Origin: Azolla caroliniana | Taxonomy: Eukaryota > Plantae > Polypodiophyta | Direction: 5' to 3' | Length of the DNA stretch: 58,705 nt | Assembly: GCA_043228905.1 (NCBI GenBank) | Contig: JBHGNT010000182.1 | Coordinates: 1-58,705, forward strand | Shown here: in pieces, positions 54,701-58,705 of the stretch | Numbering within the stretch: the stretch's first letter is position 1 | Layout: every line of letters begins with the position of its first letter | Program-made: the position numbers and the translations under genes | The notes under the pieces: generated by a model | Told to the model about the DNA's origin: nothing | What the model saw: only the letters and a program-made list of their open reading frames with translations | The model's database searches: none

Positions 54701-57700
54701 CAACTCCCTCCTCAAATTTGGTAATTTCTTCATGTCTCTCGACGTAGGTGTCAAAATCTTTATTTCTTAATTCCATATCATAGCTAGTATTGTTAGCTTC
54801 GATTCGCATGTTTGAACACAAATTTCCAATATCACACGGGCCAGGTATAAACATTTTAATTTACTCACGGGCTCTCCTCAACTCCCTCCTCTAATTTGCG
54901 AATTTCTTCATGTCTCTCGACTTGAGTTTCAAAATCTTGATTTTTTAAATCCATATCATAGCTAGCGTTGTTAAATTCGATTCGCATGTTTGAACAGTAA
55001 AATCCGATATCACACGAGCCAGGTATGAACATTTTCATTTCCTAACGGGCTCTTCTCCACTATCTCCTCAAATTTTCTAACTTCGTCATTTCTCTCGACC
55101 TGAGTTTCAAAATTATAATTTTTCATGTCAATATCATAGCTAGCGTTGTTAGCTTCGATTCGCATCTTTGAACAAAAAAATCCGGGATCACAAGAGCCAG
55201 GTATGAACATTTTAATTTACTCACAAGCTCTTCTCAAGTCCCTCCTCAAATTTGCTAATTTCTTCATGTCTCTCGACGTAGGTTTCAAAATCTTTATTTC
55301 TTAATTCCATATCATAGCTAGTGTTGTCTGCTTCGATTTGCATGTTTGGACACAAAAATCCGATATCACACGAGCTAGGTACTGACAAATTTAATTTACT
55401 TACGCGCTCTTCTGAACTCCCTCCTCTAATTTACTAATTTCTTCATGTCTCTCGACCTGAGTTTCAAAATCTTGATTTTCTAATTCCATATCATAGCTAG
55501 CGTTGTTAACTTCGATTCGCATGTTTAAACACTAAAATCCGATATCACACGAGCCAGGTATGAACATTTTCATTTCCTAACGGGCTCTTCTCCACTATCT
55601 CCTCAAATTTGCTAACTTCTTCATCTCTCTCGACCTGAGTTTCAAAATCTTGATTTTCTAATTCAATATTATAGCTAGTGTTGTTAGCTTCGATTCGCAT
55701 AGTTGGACACAAAAATCCAATATCACATGGGCCAGGTATGAACAATTTAATTTACTCACGGGCTCTTCTCAACTCCCTCCTCAAATTTTCTAATTTCGTC
55801 ATGTCTCTCGACCTAAGTTTCAAAATCTTTATTTTTTAATTCTATATCATATCTAGCGTTGTTATCTTCGATTCTCATGATTCAACACAAAAATCCGATA
55901 TCACACGAGCCATGTATGAACATTTTAATTTACTCACGGGCTCTTCTCAACTCCCTCCTCAAATTTGCTAATTTCGTCATGTCTCTCGACCTGAGTTTCA
56001 AAATAATAATCTTTTAATTCAATATCATTGCTAGTGTTGTTAGCGTCGAGTAGCATCTTCGAACACAAAAATCCGGGATCACACGAGCTGGGTTTCAAAA
56101 ACATGATTTTTTAATTCCATATCATAGCTAACGTTGATAGCTTCGATATGCATTGTTTGCACACAAAAATCCGATATGACATGAGCCAGGTATGAAGATT
56201 TAAATTTACTCACGCGCTCTTGTCTACGACCTCTTCAACTTTGGCTTTTTATTCATGTCTCTCGACTTGAGTTTAAAAATCATGATTTTATAATTCCATA
56301 TAGCAAGAGTTGTTAGCTTCAATTTCATTTGTTTGAACACAAAAATCCGATATCACACGAGTTAGGTATGAAGCTTTTGATTTACTCGCGCGGTCTTGTG
56401 TCAGATCTCCTGAACTTGGCTTCTGTCTTCATGTCTCTCGACCTGAGATTCGAAATCATTATTTTTTAATTCCATATCATAGATAGCGTTGTTAGCTTCG
56501 ATCGGCATGTTTGAACACAAAATCCTGATATTACACGAGCCAGGTATGAATGTTTTCATTTACTCACAAGCTCTTACGTACGACCTCTTCAACTTTGCTT
56601 TTTTCTTCATGTTTCTCGACCTGAATTTCAAAATCGTGAATTTTTAATTCCATATCATACCTAGTGTTCTTAGCTTTGATTCGCATGTTTGAACACAAAA
56701 ATCCGATATCACACAAGCCAGGTATGAACATTTTCATTTACTTACGCGCTATTGTCTACGACCTTTTCAACATTGCTTTTTTGTTCATGTCTCTCAACTT
56801 AAGTTTAAAAATCATGATTTTCTAATTCCATATCATAGCTAGCGTTGTTAGCTTTGATTCGCATGTTTGAACACAAAAATCCGATATCACACAAGCTAGG
56901 TATGAACATTTTCATTTACTCACGCGCTATTGTCTACGACCTTTTCAACTTTGCTTTCTTGTTCATGTCTGTTGACCTGAGTTTCAAAATCATGATTTTT
57001 TAATTCCTTATCATAGCTAACGTTGATAGGTTCGATTCGCATTGTTTAAACACAAAAATTCGATATGACACGAGCCAGGTATGAAGGTTTTGATTTACTC
57101 ACGCGCTCTTGTCTACGACCTCTTCAACTTTGCGTTTTTGTTCATGTCTCTCGACCTAAATTTACTAATTTACTAATTTCAACTCCATCCTCTAATTTAC
57201 TAATTTCTTCATGTCTCTCGACCACAGTTTCTAAATCTTGATTTTTTACTTCCATATCATAGCTAGCGTTGTTAGCTTCGATTCGCATGATGGAACACTA
57301 AAATCGGATATCACACAGGCCAGGTATTACAGTTTTAATTTACTCACGCGCTCTTCTCAACTCCCTCCTCACTTTTGGTAATTTCTTCATGTCTCTCGAC
57401 CTGAGTTTTAAAATCTTGATATTTTAATTCCATATCATAGCTAGTGTTGTTAGAATCGATTCGCATGTTTGAACACAAAAATCCGATATCACACGAGCCA
57501 GGTATGACAATTTTCATTTTTTTTAATTCCATATCATAGCTAGTGTTGTTAACTTCGATTCGCATGTTTGAACACAAAAATACTGGATCACACGAGCGAG
57601 GTATGAACATTTTAATTTACTCACGAGCTCTTCTCAACTCCCTCCTCAAATTTGCTAATTTCTTCATGTCTCGCGACCTGAGTTTCAAAATCTTGATTTT

Positions 57701-58705
57701 TTAATACCATATCATAGCTAGTGTTGTTAGCATCGATTCACATGTTTGAACACAAAAATCCGATATCACACGAGCCAGGTACTGACAATTTTAATTAAAT
57801 GACGCGCTCTGCTCAACTCCCTCCTCTAATTTACTAATTTCTTCATGTGTCTCGACTTGAGTTTCAAAATCTTGATTTTCTAATTCCATATCATAGCTAG
57901 TTTTGTTAGCTTTGACTCGCATGTTTGAACACAAAAATACGATATCACATGAGCCAGGTATGACAATTTTAAATTACTCACACGCTCTTCTCAACTCCCT
58001 CCTCTAATTTACTAATTTCTTCATGTCTCTCGACCTAAGTTTCAAAATCTTGATTTTTTAATTCCATATCATAGCTAGTGTTGGGAGATTCGATTCGCAT
58101 GTTTGAACACAAAAATCAGATATCACACGAGCCAGGTACGAACATTTTAATTTACTCACGCGCTCTTGTCAACTCCATCCTCTAATTTGTTAATTTCTTC
58201 ATGTCTCTCGACCACAGTTTCGAAATCTTGAAATTTTAATTCTATATCATAGCTAGCGTTCTTAGCTTCGATTCCCATGATGGAACACTAAAATCGGATA
58301 TCACACATGCCAGGTATTACAGTTTTAATTTACTCACGCGCTCTTCTCAACTCCCTCCTCACTTTTGGTAATTTCTTCATGTCTCTCGACCTGAGTTTTA
58401 AAATCTTAATTTTTTAATTCCATATCATAGGTAGTGTTGTTAGCATCGATTCGCATGTTTGAACACAAATATCCGATATCACACGAGCCAGGTATGACAA
58501 TTTTCATTTTTTTTAATTCCATATCATAGCTAGTGTTGTTAACTTCGATTCGCATGTTTGAACACAGAAATACTGGATCACACGAGCGAGGTATGAACAT
58601 TTTAATTTACTCACGAGCTCTTCTCAACTCCCTCCTCAAATTTGCTAATTTCTTCATGTCTCGCGACCTGAGTTTCAAAATCTTGATTTTTTAATACCAT
58701 ATCAT
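51721..58705 (+). repeat. 178-bp satellite, subfamily A (right block), including ~1.1 kb of subfamily B at ~56088-57160
   Basis: Same diagnostic variants as 1-6765. The B-type stretch matches 6766-7830. A 990-bp HOR is seen at the right end. Confidence 0.95.

Noticed and set aside
2215-58600. Well over a hundred 60-185 aa ORFs (MFIDGSCDIGF..., MIFQFYIIDHF..., MLASIRMFEHK...) resembling a repeat-protein family
   Set aside because: They are translations of the 178-bp monomer. Because 178 is not a multiple of 3, frames rotate; ORFs overlap on both strands, and indels and stops fall without regard to frame.
1-58705. CRISPR array or cassette/diversity-generating array
   Set aside because: Units are homologous along their full length, with no unique spacers. 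No cas, integrase or reverse transcriptase gene is present.
1-58705. 5S rRNA, tRNA or SINE tandem array
   Set aside because: No recognisable 5S or tRNA sequence, or Pol III A/B/C boxes, in the monomer.

Overview
The window is almost entirely one eukaryotic tandem satellite family with a ~178-bp AT-rich monomer, probably plant and centromeric or pericentromeric. A representative monomer, read by eye, is AGCTAGTGTTGTTAGCTTCGATTCGCATGTTTGAACACAAAAATCCGATATCACACGAGCCAGGTATGAACATTTTAATTTACTCACGCGCTCTTCTCAACTCCCTCCTCTAATTTACTAATTTCTTCATGTCTCTCGACCTGAGTTTCAAAATCTTGATTTTTTAATTCCATATCAT. I see no credible protein-coding or RNA gene; the ORF track is satellite translation. The array is highly structured. 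It has about six subfamilies (called A-F here) in domains with their own higher-order repeats (HORs) and six strand switches (~11089, 30294/5, ~31561, ~32342, ~43794, and across 50948-51720). The switch at 30294/5 is a zero-spacer fold-back palindrome. A ~3.8-kb block is duplicated 49.3 kb away. Non-satellite DNA is limited to a 346-bp solo LTR with a target-site duplication (44348-44693), a ~770-bp island (hAT-like end plus unique DNA, 50948-51720) and a 19-bp TTTAGGG-like patch (38234-38252). I did not find a new gene system; the interest lies in satellite architecture and repair scars. Strand '+' means the GATATCACACGAGCC strand is on top. Domain boundaries were placed by eye and are approximate.
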